This document shows, one piece after another, positions 29,016-36,895 of a stretch of 54,018 nucleotides of DNA. Position 1 is the first letter of the stretch. Every line of letters starts with the position of its first letter. The stretch is taken from NCBI GenBank assembly GCA_016213235.1, contig JACRBE010000013.1, positions 1-54,018 on the forward strand. Direction: 5' to 3'. Position numbers and translations under genes: made by a program. The notes under the pieces are model-generated. The model had not been told where the DNA came from and ran no database searches. It was given only the letters and a program-made list of their open reading frames with translations. This stretch comes from Chlamydiales bacterium (lineage in GTDB: Bacteria; Chlamydiota; Chlamydiia; Chlamydiales; JACRBE01).

Positions 29016-30425
29016 ATGGACATTTTACTCTTTAATTCTGAAACAAAGACAAAAGAAATATTTCACCCTCTTCATCCAAAGAAGGTGTTAATGTATACTT
29101 GCGGCCCTACGGTTTACAATTTTGCTCATATTGGAAATTTTCGCACTTATGTCTTTGAAGATCTTTTAAAAAGGATGCTAAAATTTTTTGGCTACAATGT
29201 TTATCAAGTAATGAATATTACCGACGTCGATGATAAAACAATTAAAGGGGCGCTTGCGGAAAAAGTATCTCTTCACACATTTACAGAAAAATATACACAG
29301 GCATTTTTTGAAGATCTTCTTACTCTTGGAATAGATAAAGCAGACAAGTATCCAAAAGCCACTGACTACATCCCTCAAATGGTTGAGATGATTGAGACTC
29401 TTGTTGGACAGCAGGTAGCTTATGTGAGCAGTGATCATAACGTTTACTTTAACATTCGTAAATTCGATAAGTACGGCAGGCTGTCACATCTTTGCCTCGA
29501 TGAGTTAAAAGAAGGGGCTTCCAACCGAGTGAACTTAGATGAGTATGAAAGAGAGATGGCATCTGATTTTGTTCTTTGGAAAGCCTATGATCCCAAGCGG
29601 GATGGAGATATCTATTGGGATAGCCCTTTTGGCAAAGGAAGACCCGGTTGGCATATTGAATGCTCCGCAATGGCAATCAGCCTGCTTGGAGAGTCCATTG
29701 ATATCCACTGCGGTGGTGTAGATAATATCTTCCCTCACCATGAAAATGAGATTGCACAGTCAGAATGTGTTACCAAAAAGAGATTTGTAACGTATTGGCT
29801 GCATGCACAGCATCTTGTTGTAGATGGAAAGAAAATGTCCAAAAGCCTTGGTAATTTTTTTACTCTAAGAGATCTGCTACAAAAAAACTTTTCCGGTAGT
29901 GTTATTCGATTTGCCCTATTGCAAACACACTATAGAAACAAACTCAATTTTACTTTTCAGGGACTAGAAGCTGCAAAACAATCCCTGCTGCGCCTCAAAG
30001 ATTTTATCGATCGTCTTAAAGGTATCGAACAACAAGATAGTGAGGATATTGAGACTTTACTTAACACCACTTATGACTTATTTGCTAGCGCCATAGCAGA
30101 TGATCTTAATATTTCACTCTCTCTTGCTACCATTTTTGACCTTCTCAGAGTGATGAATGGACTGATGGATGAAAATAAAATCGGAGTAAATGCTGCAAAA
30201 GCCACATTGTCACTACTACAAAAATTCGATGCGGTGCTTCATATTCTTCCCTTCACAACAGAGCAGGACTTTATTCCAAAAGAAGTGTTTGCAGCACTGG
30301 AAGAGAGAACACAAGCCAGAAAAAATAAAGATTTCAAATTGGCTGACTTCTATCGAGATACCATTGAAAAAATGGGGTATATCATTGAAGATACGAAAGA
30401 GGGTCCTAAATTAAAAAAACAATAA
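29016..30425 (+). CDS. cysS: Cysteine--tRNA ligase
   Basis: YTCGPTVY, HIGN, GRPGWHIECSAM, FPHHENE, KMSKS. Confidence 0.98.
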   Translation: MDILLFNSETKTKEIFHPLHPKKVLMYTCGPTVYNFAHIGNFRTYVFEDLLKRMLKFFGYNVYQVMNITDVDDKTIKGALAEKVSLHTFTEKYTQAFFEDLLTLGIDKADKYPKATDYIPQMVEMIETLVGQQVAYVSSDHNVYFNIRKFDKYGRLSHLCLDELKEGASNRVNLDEYEREMASDFVLWKAYDPKRDGDIYWDSPFGKGRPGWHIECSAMAISLLGESIDIHCGGVDNIFPHHENEIAQSECVTKKRFVTYWLHAQHLVVDGKKMSKSLGNFFTLRDLLQKNFSGSVIRFALLQTHYRNKLNFTFQGLEAAKQSLLRLKDFIDRLKGIEQQDSEDIETLLNTTYDLFASAIADDLNISLSLATIFDLLRVMNGLMDENKIGVNAAKATLSLLQKFDAVLHILPFTTEQDFIPKEVFAALEERTQARKNKDFKLADFYRDTIEKMGYIIEDTKEGPKLKKQ

Positions 30426-30472
30426 TTTTATCTTTTAAGTAGAAAAATTTTTTGAAAGAGCGCATCCTTAAC

Positions 30473-31030
30473 ATGATCTTTACAACACAAGATCATGTGA
30501 GGTTATGTATGACAATATCAAGTTATCCTATTATAGATTATCACTTACGGCTGGAACTGGCCGCAAGTGTATTATGTCATGTTGACGATCTGGTAAAAGA
30601 AAGCATAGAAGCAAAAATAAGACAAAGAATCATGGCTTTTAACGAAGCTATCTATGCAGAAAATATCATACGAATGTATGCCTTGGCCAGAAGAGAACCT
30701 TTAGTGTTATGTCGGGGAGCTTCTGATAAAAGGCTTCCAATGGACCATATCGTGCAGCATAGAAACGAACAATTGATAATTGAGGCATTAAAACTAGGTG
30801 TTGACCCAGATATCGCCGATGAGCCCGATTTGCATTTAGTCCATGTGTTGGCACGCTTAGGATATATAAAAGCTCTTTGCTGCGCTATTTTATGTAGACA
30901 GGTCGATATAAATGTAACAGTAGCTCATGGAAAATATAAAGGCTGGAAGCCGATTGACTTTGCAATAACATATCACCAGGGAAAAATGGTCAAATATATC
31001 ATGGATATATCAAGGCAACGAGTGGTTTGA
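30473..31030 (+). CDS. Ankyrin-repeat-like protein
   Basis: Degenerate ankyrin units (GVDPD...LVHVLARLG; DIN...GWKPIDFAITYHQGKMVKYI); start may be TTG 30452. Confidence 0.6.
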   Translation: MIFTTQDHVRLCMTISSYPIIDYHLRLELAASVLCHVDDLVKESIEAKIRQRIMAFNEAIYAENIIRMYALARREPLVLCRGASDKRLPMDHIVQHRNEQLIIEALKLGVDPDIADEPDLHLVHVLARLGYIKALCCAILCRQVDINVTVAHGKYKGWKPIDFAITYHQGKMVKYIMDISRQRVV

Positions 31031-31123
31031 TATATAGGTCTTGGAAATGTAGTTAGTTCCAAGATATTCAAAAAATCATTTTCTTTTGTAAATTAATATT
31101 GCCTAACCTATTAATTGCTAATA

Positions 31124-31176
31124 TACTGTAATGCAATCCATGTTTTTATGTGAAAATAGTGGATTGCATTACAGTA
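31124..31176. repeat. 17-bp perfect inverted repeat (possible bidirectional terminator)
   Basis: TACTGTAATGCAATCCA-n19-TGGATTGCATTACAGTA between convergent genes. Confidence 0.85.
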
Positions 31177-31338
31177 GACTTCTTGCGTAATTCCATTCGG
31201 CAGTTTAAGTCGCCATTTTTGGCAGATTTTTGTCCTTACTCGTTCTCTACCCTTTAGGTATGTCTTCCTTGCTCGGTACAAAAATCTACAGAAAAACCAT
31301 CGATTTCTCCAGCCAAAGCGAGTTACGCAAGAAGTCTA
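31175..31338. mobile_element. 164-bp MITE / RPE-like palindromic element
   Basis: 16-bp perfect TIR TAGACTTCTTGCGTAA...TTACGCAAGAAGTCTA; internal AGATTTTTGT/ACAAAAATCT stem; no ORF. Confidence 0.8.
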
Positions 31339-31342
31339 TTAA

Positions 31343-32932
31343 TTAATCTTCATTTCGCATCAGAGGAAAAAATAATACATCGCGGATAGAGGTCTCACCA
31401 AGCATTAACATAACCAGACGATCTACCCCAAGACCAAGTCCTGCAGTAGGAGGCATCCCCTGGCAAATGGCCTCCACAAAATCCTCATCCATAGGATGGG
31501 CCTCTTCATTGCCAGCCTCTTTTTTTGCTGCTTGCTGTACGAGCAACTCCCGTTGTAAAATCGGATCGTTTAATTCAGAATAGGAATTGCAAAATTCAAA
31601 ACCCAGTATAAAGGTCTCAAATCTCTCTACAAAATTCTCTTTTCTCAAGGCAGGATCACGATGTAGCTTACAAAGAGGTGTTGTTTCAATAGGATGATCA
31701 ATAATATGATGTGGTTGAACAAGATGATGTTCAACCAGCTCTTCAAATAAAAAGGCTATTATTTCTCCACGAGAAGCTGCAGTTAGAGTCTCTTTTTTTA
31801 GGTCTGTTTTTTCTGAAAGAATAGTTTTAATTTCCAGGTCGGATAATAAATCTACATCAATACCCGCATAGGTTTTAATGCTATCTTTCATTGAGATGCG
31901 GATCCATGGAGTTTTTAAATCAATCTCATGTTCATTGCCATTTTTATCAAATCTTTTACCAAGTTTTGTGGTGCCATAAAGTTTTTTTGCAAGAAAAGCA
32001 AAAAGGTTTTCTGATAGCTCCATCATATTATTGTAATCCCAGTTAGCAGCATATAACTCTAGTTCTGTAAATTCGGGATTATGTGTTTTATCTATACCTT
32101 CGTTTCTAAATACCTTGCCCATTTCAAATACACGGTTAAATCCGCCTACAATCAATTGTTTCAAAGGTATTTCCAGAGAAATACGCAAAAACATTTTTTG
32201 ATGGTCTAAAGCATTTAGATGAGTAGTAAATGGTTTTGCTGCAGCCCCACCATATGTATTTTGTAATACCGGCGTTTCTACTTCCAGAAAGTTTAGATCC
32301 GTAAGGTATTCTCGAATAGCAGCTAGAATATGGGTTCTTTTTTTAAACGTTTCAATGATATCTTTATTGGAAATGAGATCTACCCATCGTTTTCTATAAC
32401 GAACACCCTTGTCGGTGAGACCAGCATGTTTGTCCGGCAAAGGCAGCAGAGTCTTACACAAAAGAGTGACATGTTTTGCATAGATCGTCAGCTCTCCTTT
32501 TTGTGTTCTAAATAAATGACCCTCTACTCCAAGTATGTCCCCAAGATCGACCTTTTTTTCAATAAATTTGATAGGGGCAGCAGGAGGTGTGGCACAGGTT
32601 GGATCATATCCGGTTACAGAGGTGTGATCTCTATTAAACAATATCTGGATACGCCCCGTTTCATCCTGCAAATGAGCAAAAGCATTTTTACCCATGGCAC
32701 GAAATAATACCAGCCTACCACTAAGTTTGGTAAAGGGAGTTTTTCCTACCTCTGCATCTTCAAAGTGTCCAACAGGATTATCCTTGTACTCATCTTCCAA
32801 TAAGGAAGAGTGGGCTTTTGGCTCAAAATGGTGAGGATAAGGATCAATGCCAAGAGCTCTAATCTCATTTAATTTTTCTACTCTGTTTCTATACTCTTCA
32901 AAATGGTGGTATTCCGGTTCTTTGTTTTCCAT
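31343..32932 (-). CDS. lysS: Lysine--tRNA ligase (class II)
   Basis: RYRKRWVDL, EVETP, GGAAAKPF, FRNEGIDKTHNPEFT, GMPPTAGLGLGVDRL. Confidence 0.98.
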   Translation of the reverse strand: MENKEPEYHHFEEYRNRVEKLNEIRALGIDPYPHHFEPKAHSSLLEDEYKDNPVGHFEDAEVGKTPFTKLSGRLVLFRAMGKNAFAHLQDETGRIQILFNRDHTSVTGYDPTCATPPAAPIKFIEKKVDLGDILGVEGHLFRTQKGELTIYAKHVTLLCKTLLPLPDKHAGLTDKGVRYRKRWVDLISNKDIIETFKKRTHILAAIREYLTDLNFLEVETPVLQNTYGGAAAKPFTTHLNALDHQKMFLRISLEIPLKQLIVGGFNRVFEMGKVFRNEGIDKTHNPEFTELELYAANWDYNNMMELSENLFAFLAKKLYGTTKLGKRFDKNGNEHEIDLKTPWIRISMKDSIKTYAGIDVDLLSDLEIKTILSEKTDLKKETLTAASRGEIIAFLFEELVEHHLVQPHHIIDHPIETTPLCKLHRDPALRKENFVERFETFILGFEFCNSYSELNDPILQRELLVQQAAKKEAGNEEAHPMDEDFVEAICQGMPPTAGLGLGVDRLVMLMLGETSIRDVLFFPLMRNED

Positions 32933-33005
32933 AACGCTTCGTGTAAATGATTAATGCAAATACCAATAAAATAATCGATTTGCTTTATTTTTGAAATGAT
33001 TAACT

Positions 33006-33389
33006 TTATATGTGACTTCTTAAGTGAGTATGCTTCCAGTTATCACTATGTTTTAATCCAAGCCCCAGGAGGCGATCAAAATTGATATGGGAAAACCATA
33101 TAATCCCAATAAAAAGAAGCAGAGGTATATGTAGCATCAAACCCAGAGTAGCAAGTATGATAGGAAACACTTCCGTATGAGTTAAATTATAGGATATAGT
33201 GCCTATAGTTACTCCAAGGAAATAGCCCAGTAATCCAATGTCTGCAACAAAAAATAAAATAATAAACAACAGCCATGATCCATGGAGATAATGAAACAGG
33301 TATAAACTGGCAAGAAATAGCGCTAATCCTTCTAAACGGAGGATGGCAATTACTCCTTTTCCACTATTGTGCTTTTTAAAAAATTCCAT
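33006..33389 (-). CDS. DUF4260-like membrane protein
   Basis: LRLEGL, YNLTH, HINFDRLLGLGLK, HTHL. Confidence 0.8.
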   Translation of the reverse strand: MEFFKKHNSGKGVIAILRLEGLALFLASLYLFHYLHGSWLLFIILFFVADIGLLGYFLGVTIGTISYNLTHTEVFPIILATLGLMLHIPLLLFIGIIWFSHINFDRLLGLGLKHSDNWKHTHLRSHI

Positions 33390-33483
33390 CTATATATTAA
33401 CCTACTTGTTTGAAATGCAATATAAAGGTTAGGTTTTTTAGAGTAAAATATATTTAAAAGAAAAATTGAGATTGTGTTCCTTG

Positions 33484-33867
33484 TCATACCAGATGGGATT
33501 GTTGAAAAAATATACGAAGAGCTTCTTTGCCTGCTTGTCCCATTGCAACTTGAACAACTAGTTCTTCAAATTCATATTCATCAAACTCTAATAAGATATT
33601 GTTGTCTTCAAGAAAAACTAGAGCAGCAACAGCAGATGTGCGTTTATTGCCATCTATAAAAGGATGATTGTTGCAAATATGAAATAAATAAGCAGAAGCC
33701 TGATCAAAAAGAGAAGGATGTAAAAATTGTCCTCCCATTTTTGATTTAGGGATTTCAACTGCAGAAACTAGTAATCCTAGATCCCGCAAACCATGACAGC
33801 CTCCGAAGGAAGTTATTAATTGATCATGAATGGCAATTACTTCCTGTACTTGTAAAAAACGAGTCAT
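33484..33867 (-). CDS. doc: Death-on-curing (Doc) family toxin
   Basis: HPFIDGNKRT motif, GGCHGLRDLGLL. Confidence 0.9.
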   Translation of the reverse strand: MTRFLQVQEVIAIHDQLITSFGGCHGLRDLGLLVSAVEIPKSKMGGQFLHPSLFDQASAYLFHICNNHPFIDGNKRTSAVAALVFLEDNNILLEFDEYEFEELVVQVAMGQAGKEALRIFFQQSHLV

Positions 33868-34094
33868 CGATCAGACAATCTTTTTAATAATTTAGCACGC
33901 TTCTTGATTACTTTTTCTACATTTTTTTTATGCAAATCATCATTCATCGGTTGCACAGATTGAATGATAATTCCTCCATTAGGATCTATAGTAATTTGAA
34001 ACATAGTATCTTCATCAAGTCCCGCTGCTTGCAAGATTGATTTATCAATAACTAAAGCTTTACTATTACCTACCTGGGTTAATGACTTGATCAT
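33864..34094 (-). CDS. AbrB/MazE-type antitoxin
   Basis: LTQVGNSKALVIDK AbrB fold; ATGA overlap with doc. Confidence 0.85.
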   Translation of the reverse strand: MIKSLTQVGNSKALVIDKSILQAAGLDEDTMFQITIDPNGGIIIQSVQPMNDDLHKKNVEKVIKKRAKLLKRLSDR

Positions 34095-34109
34095 AAGCTC
34101 TCCCTGATA

Positions 34110-34122
34110 ATAACAATGTTAT
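34110..34122. promoter_or_regulatory. Palindromic operator of the TA operon
   Basis: ATAACAaTGTTAT 15 bp upstream of the antitoxin start. Confidence 0.55.
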
Positions 34123-34200
34123 AACGATTTGTGTTTGCTTGTCTAGTTAAATGTTTAATAGCCTTATGTTTAGTATATTGCGATTGCATGATAATGGTTG

Positions 34201-34563
34201 CTACTGAGCGCTTTTGAGTGTAGATTGCAATTGAGTAATCGCAGCATGTACTTCAGCCTTTTGACTGTTAAAGAGCTGAAAAGAATGTGATGCTAGCAAA
34301 GAATCTATCGTTGTTGCTACATGAATTGTATCTGTTAGTATCGTAGTTCCTATTTTAGGAGGGAAATTATTTAAAGCGCTATGCACATCATTAATAATGG
34401 TGTTCTTTTCATCGGTTATTATACTTTGTATAGTCTGTGGTATAGGATAATTTACTCCTGCCAAGGTGTCTGTTAAAGCTTTTAGATCATGAATAATTTG
34501 CTCTGCCGGAGAGGGGATCGGAGGTAAAGAAGCTGGAGGGGGCCCTATTGGAGGAATATGCAT
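34201..34563 (-). CDS. Hypothetical protein, Pro-rich N-terminus
   Basis: 120 aa; MHIPPIGPPPASLPPIPSP followed by amphipathic helices. Confidence 0.6.
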   Translation of the reverse strand: MHIPPIGPPPASLPPIPSPAEQIIHDLKALTDTLAGVNYPIPQTIQSIITDEKNTIINDVHSALNNFPPKIGTTILTDTIHVATTIDSLLASHSFQLFNSQKAEVHAAITQLQSTLKSAQ

Positions 34564-34691
34564 ATTAACTCATTAGTTAGCTTATTGTTGTATATAATTA
34601 TAATTACTGTTTTTAGTTAATTTGTAAATTTTAATTAAAATCGAATGAATTAAATCTTTTTTTTAAGCACTTCTTGTTTTGCAAATCACTC

Positions 34692-36416
34692 TCAGGTCAA
34701 CAGTAACCTGGTAATCTCCCTGAAGATGACTCTCTGATTTGAACCGGGTACAGCTAATCGGTCTGATAAAACTCGAAGATAGTGTTTGACATGGGCTTTG
34801 TATAGTGCAAGTGAAAGATCAGGTTCATGACGGTACTCTCTGACAGATAACAGACGGATATTCATTATCATATAGTTAATATGATCATTGATAAGCAAAA
34901 ACCATGCATAGTCGGGATTTGCTTGTTTTATCATGAACATAACCTCAATCGCAAGTTGTTTTTTTGTTGATGTTGTCAGCTGCTTTACATGAAACACAAA
35001 ATTACGAAAGCAGTTGATCGTGTCGCTAATATTACCATGTTTTGCAATTACAATTTCCTTAATAAATACATGGAAACAAGTCAGCATTTGTGGGTTTTCC
35101 ATTCTGCGATGATGTTTTGCCAGAGCAATAAGCTGACCCCAAAGATGGATCGTTAGGCTAGCTTCGGAGTGAGTGTCTATTAGTGCATGTGGATCTGCTG
35201 GAATTAGGGATGTGAAAAACTCCATAGCAAGTGCTTGTAAATCATTTGTAAGGGTAGCCATCCCGATAGCACCTAACACAGTGTCCAGTGTTATTGGGTG
35301 AACAGACTCCGGAATTGTATCATAAGTTGTATCAGGATTCCATCCCGATTCAGGATTGCAAAGTCGCATCAGTATGTTGGAAAAAGAATGAAAGATTGCG
35401 GGCTCTAATCTGGAAATCGCAATAGCAGAGTCAAGACATTCTTTCAAAGAGGGATCGAACATTTGGGCAAAAAGAGCCTCACGCCCTCCTAATTCGGCAA
35501 CAGTAGTAGATCCCAGAAGGTTTGTCATAATTAACAAAATCTGATTCCTTCTTTCTCCATTTTCAGGTCGTTGTAGGAGGTGTGGCAGGAGAATTATATG
35601 AGATGAGAGATCTTCAAAGGAATTTCTAAATACATGGGGATCTTCAAGATACCCTGCACATTCATACATCACATCGAGTGTTTGGTCTAAAATACGGTTA
35701 ATAACATCCTTCCCATAGTAACTGATAAGATCTACAGTATCAGTATCCAAACAGAAACTGAAGGTTTCCAGTGTCGGATCCAGAAGGAATCTTTGATAAT
35801 GGTCCACATAACTTAACCATGAATGAGATATTGACGGCCCTACCCGTGTGGGATGCGATATGATATCTTCATGCCAGACAATTCGTCCAGTGTGGAAGAT
35901 TCCTGGATTTTCTCTAATCAAACGATCGGTAAGAGCAGCTGCGGTCAATGTAATATGATAGGAGTCGCCATTACGTGCGTGAATAAATTGTCCAAGATTT
36001 AAAATAATGTAACATTCATCGGCGGGATCGCTCTGAAGCCGACCAAAGCTTGCGCCAGGATCCGATCTTTTTTCTGCCAGAAAACGATCTATTGCTGCCG
36101 ATCGAAAATCAAAATGGACGAGTTTGAATTCAAAAAGATCAATAACAAAAAGACATATTTTTTTTAAGGTAAGTTCAATAGGATCTTGATCATAATTCAG
36201 AGTGCTCTTGAGACGATCAAAAGCATTTGCAAGGACAGTGTCCTCATTACGGATTATCGTTATCGCATGATGAGAGTTGCTCTTAAAGAAGAGATTTGAA
36301 TCTGAAAACCGTGTTGATCCCGGAACTACCTCAAAATAGGGGTCTTCCCATGATACAGGATCTTCCGGTCGGGGACAGCGAATGGAAAGACGAGGTAATG
36401 CGGCTGGAGCTTCCAT
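34692..36416 (-). CDS. Hypothetical protein with transglutaminase-like N-terminal domain
   Basis: 574 aa; LGQFI...GDSYH..L, HSW and LLDP motifs. Confidence 0.6.
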   Translation of the reverse strand: MEAPAALPRLSIRCPRPEDPVSWEDPYFEVVPGSTRFSDSNLFFKSNSHHAITIIRNEDTVLANAFDRLKSTLNYDQDPIELTLKKICLFVIDLFEFKLVHFDFRSAAIDRFLAEKRSDPGASFGRLQSDPADECYIILNLGQFIHARNGDSYHITLTAAALTDRLIRENPGIFHTGRIVWHEDIISHPTRVGPSISHSWLSYVDHYQRFLLDPTLETFSFCLDTDTVDLISYYGKDVINRILDQTLDVMYECAGYLEDPHVFRNSFEDLSSHIILLPHLLQRPENGERRNQILLIMTNLLGSTTVAELGGREALFAQMFDPSLKECLDSAIAISRLEPAIFHSFSNILMRLCNPESGWNPDTTYDTIPESVHPITLDTVLGAIGMATLTNDLQALAMEFFTSLIPADPHALIDTHSEASLTIHLWGQLIALAKHHRRMENPQMLTCFHVFIKEIVIAKHGNISDTINCFRNFVFHVKQLTTSTKKQLAIEVMFMIKQANPDYAWFLLINDHINYMIMNIRLLSVREYRHEPDLSLALYKAHVKHYLRVLSDRLAVPGSNQRVIFREITRLLLT

Positions 36417-36453
36417 TGTTTTTCACCATGTTCACTTTAAGGAAGAGTATAAC

Positions 36454-36504
36454 CTATTTGTTGAAATATCTTCTAGCCACATAAAGTAAAATCACCTGTT
36501 TCAC
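36454..36504 (-). pseudogene. Possible stub of a HipA-like toxin gene
   Basis: GTG immediately after the HTH gene stop; MKQVILLYV then unrelated sequence and a stop after 16 codons. Confidence 0.35.
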
Positions 36505-36831
36505 TTAGCCTTTTCCTTTTTCTTTTGATGGGATTCGAATACGCTTTGGTAGCTTTTCAGCTTCTAGTCCCAAACCTAATTCATCAAAGGTTGGATCAGC
36601 TAATTCAATCAAGCGTTTGATCATTCCTAAAACAAATAAAATTTTGGCATAAGCTCCCAAAGAAACTCCCTCATCGCCTTTCTCGATTTTGCTTAGAGTG
36701 GCGCGACTAATGGATGCCCTTTCTGCAGCAAGGTGCATGGGGATTCGACGTCGTTTTCTAGCATCACGAAGATCTTGCCCGAGCTTTTTTAGAGCTCTTT
36801 TGACGGGGATGGGGGTATTGTTAATGTCCAT
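36505..36831 (-). CDS. XRE-family HTH protein (HipB-like antitoxin)
   Basis: LGQDLRDARKRRR...AAERASISRATLSKIEKGD...LPKRIR. Confidence 0.88.
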   Translation of the reverse strand: MDINNTPIPVKRALKKLGQDLRDARKRRRIPMHLAAERASISRATLSKIEKGDEGVSLGAYAKILFVLGMIKRLIELADPTFDELGLGLEAEKLPKRIRIPSKEKGKG

Positions 36832-36850
36832 AATATTAGCCCTTATAAGC

Positions 36851-36878
36851 TTTAATGTATAATATTATAGACATTAAA
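36851..36878. promoter_or_regulatory. Palindromic operator upstream of the HTH gene
   Basis: TTTAATGT-ataatattatag-ACATTAAA; related half-site TTAATGTCCATAATATTA over the start codon. Confidence 0.55.
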
Positions 36879-36895
36879 TAAAGGAAAAATACAGG

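Noticed and set aside
36420..36480. Possible priA 3'-end relic
   Set aside because: Similarity to 36896-36930 is too weak to distinguish from AT-rich chance
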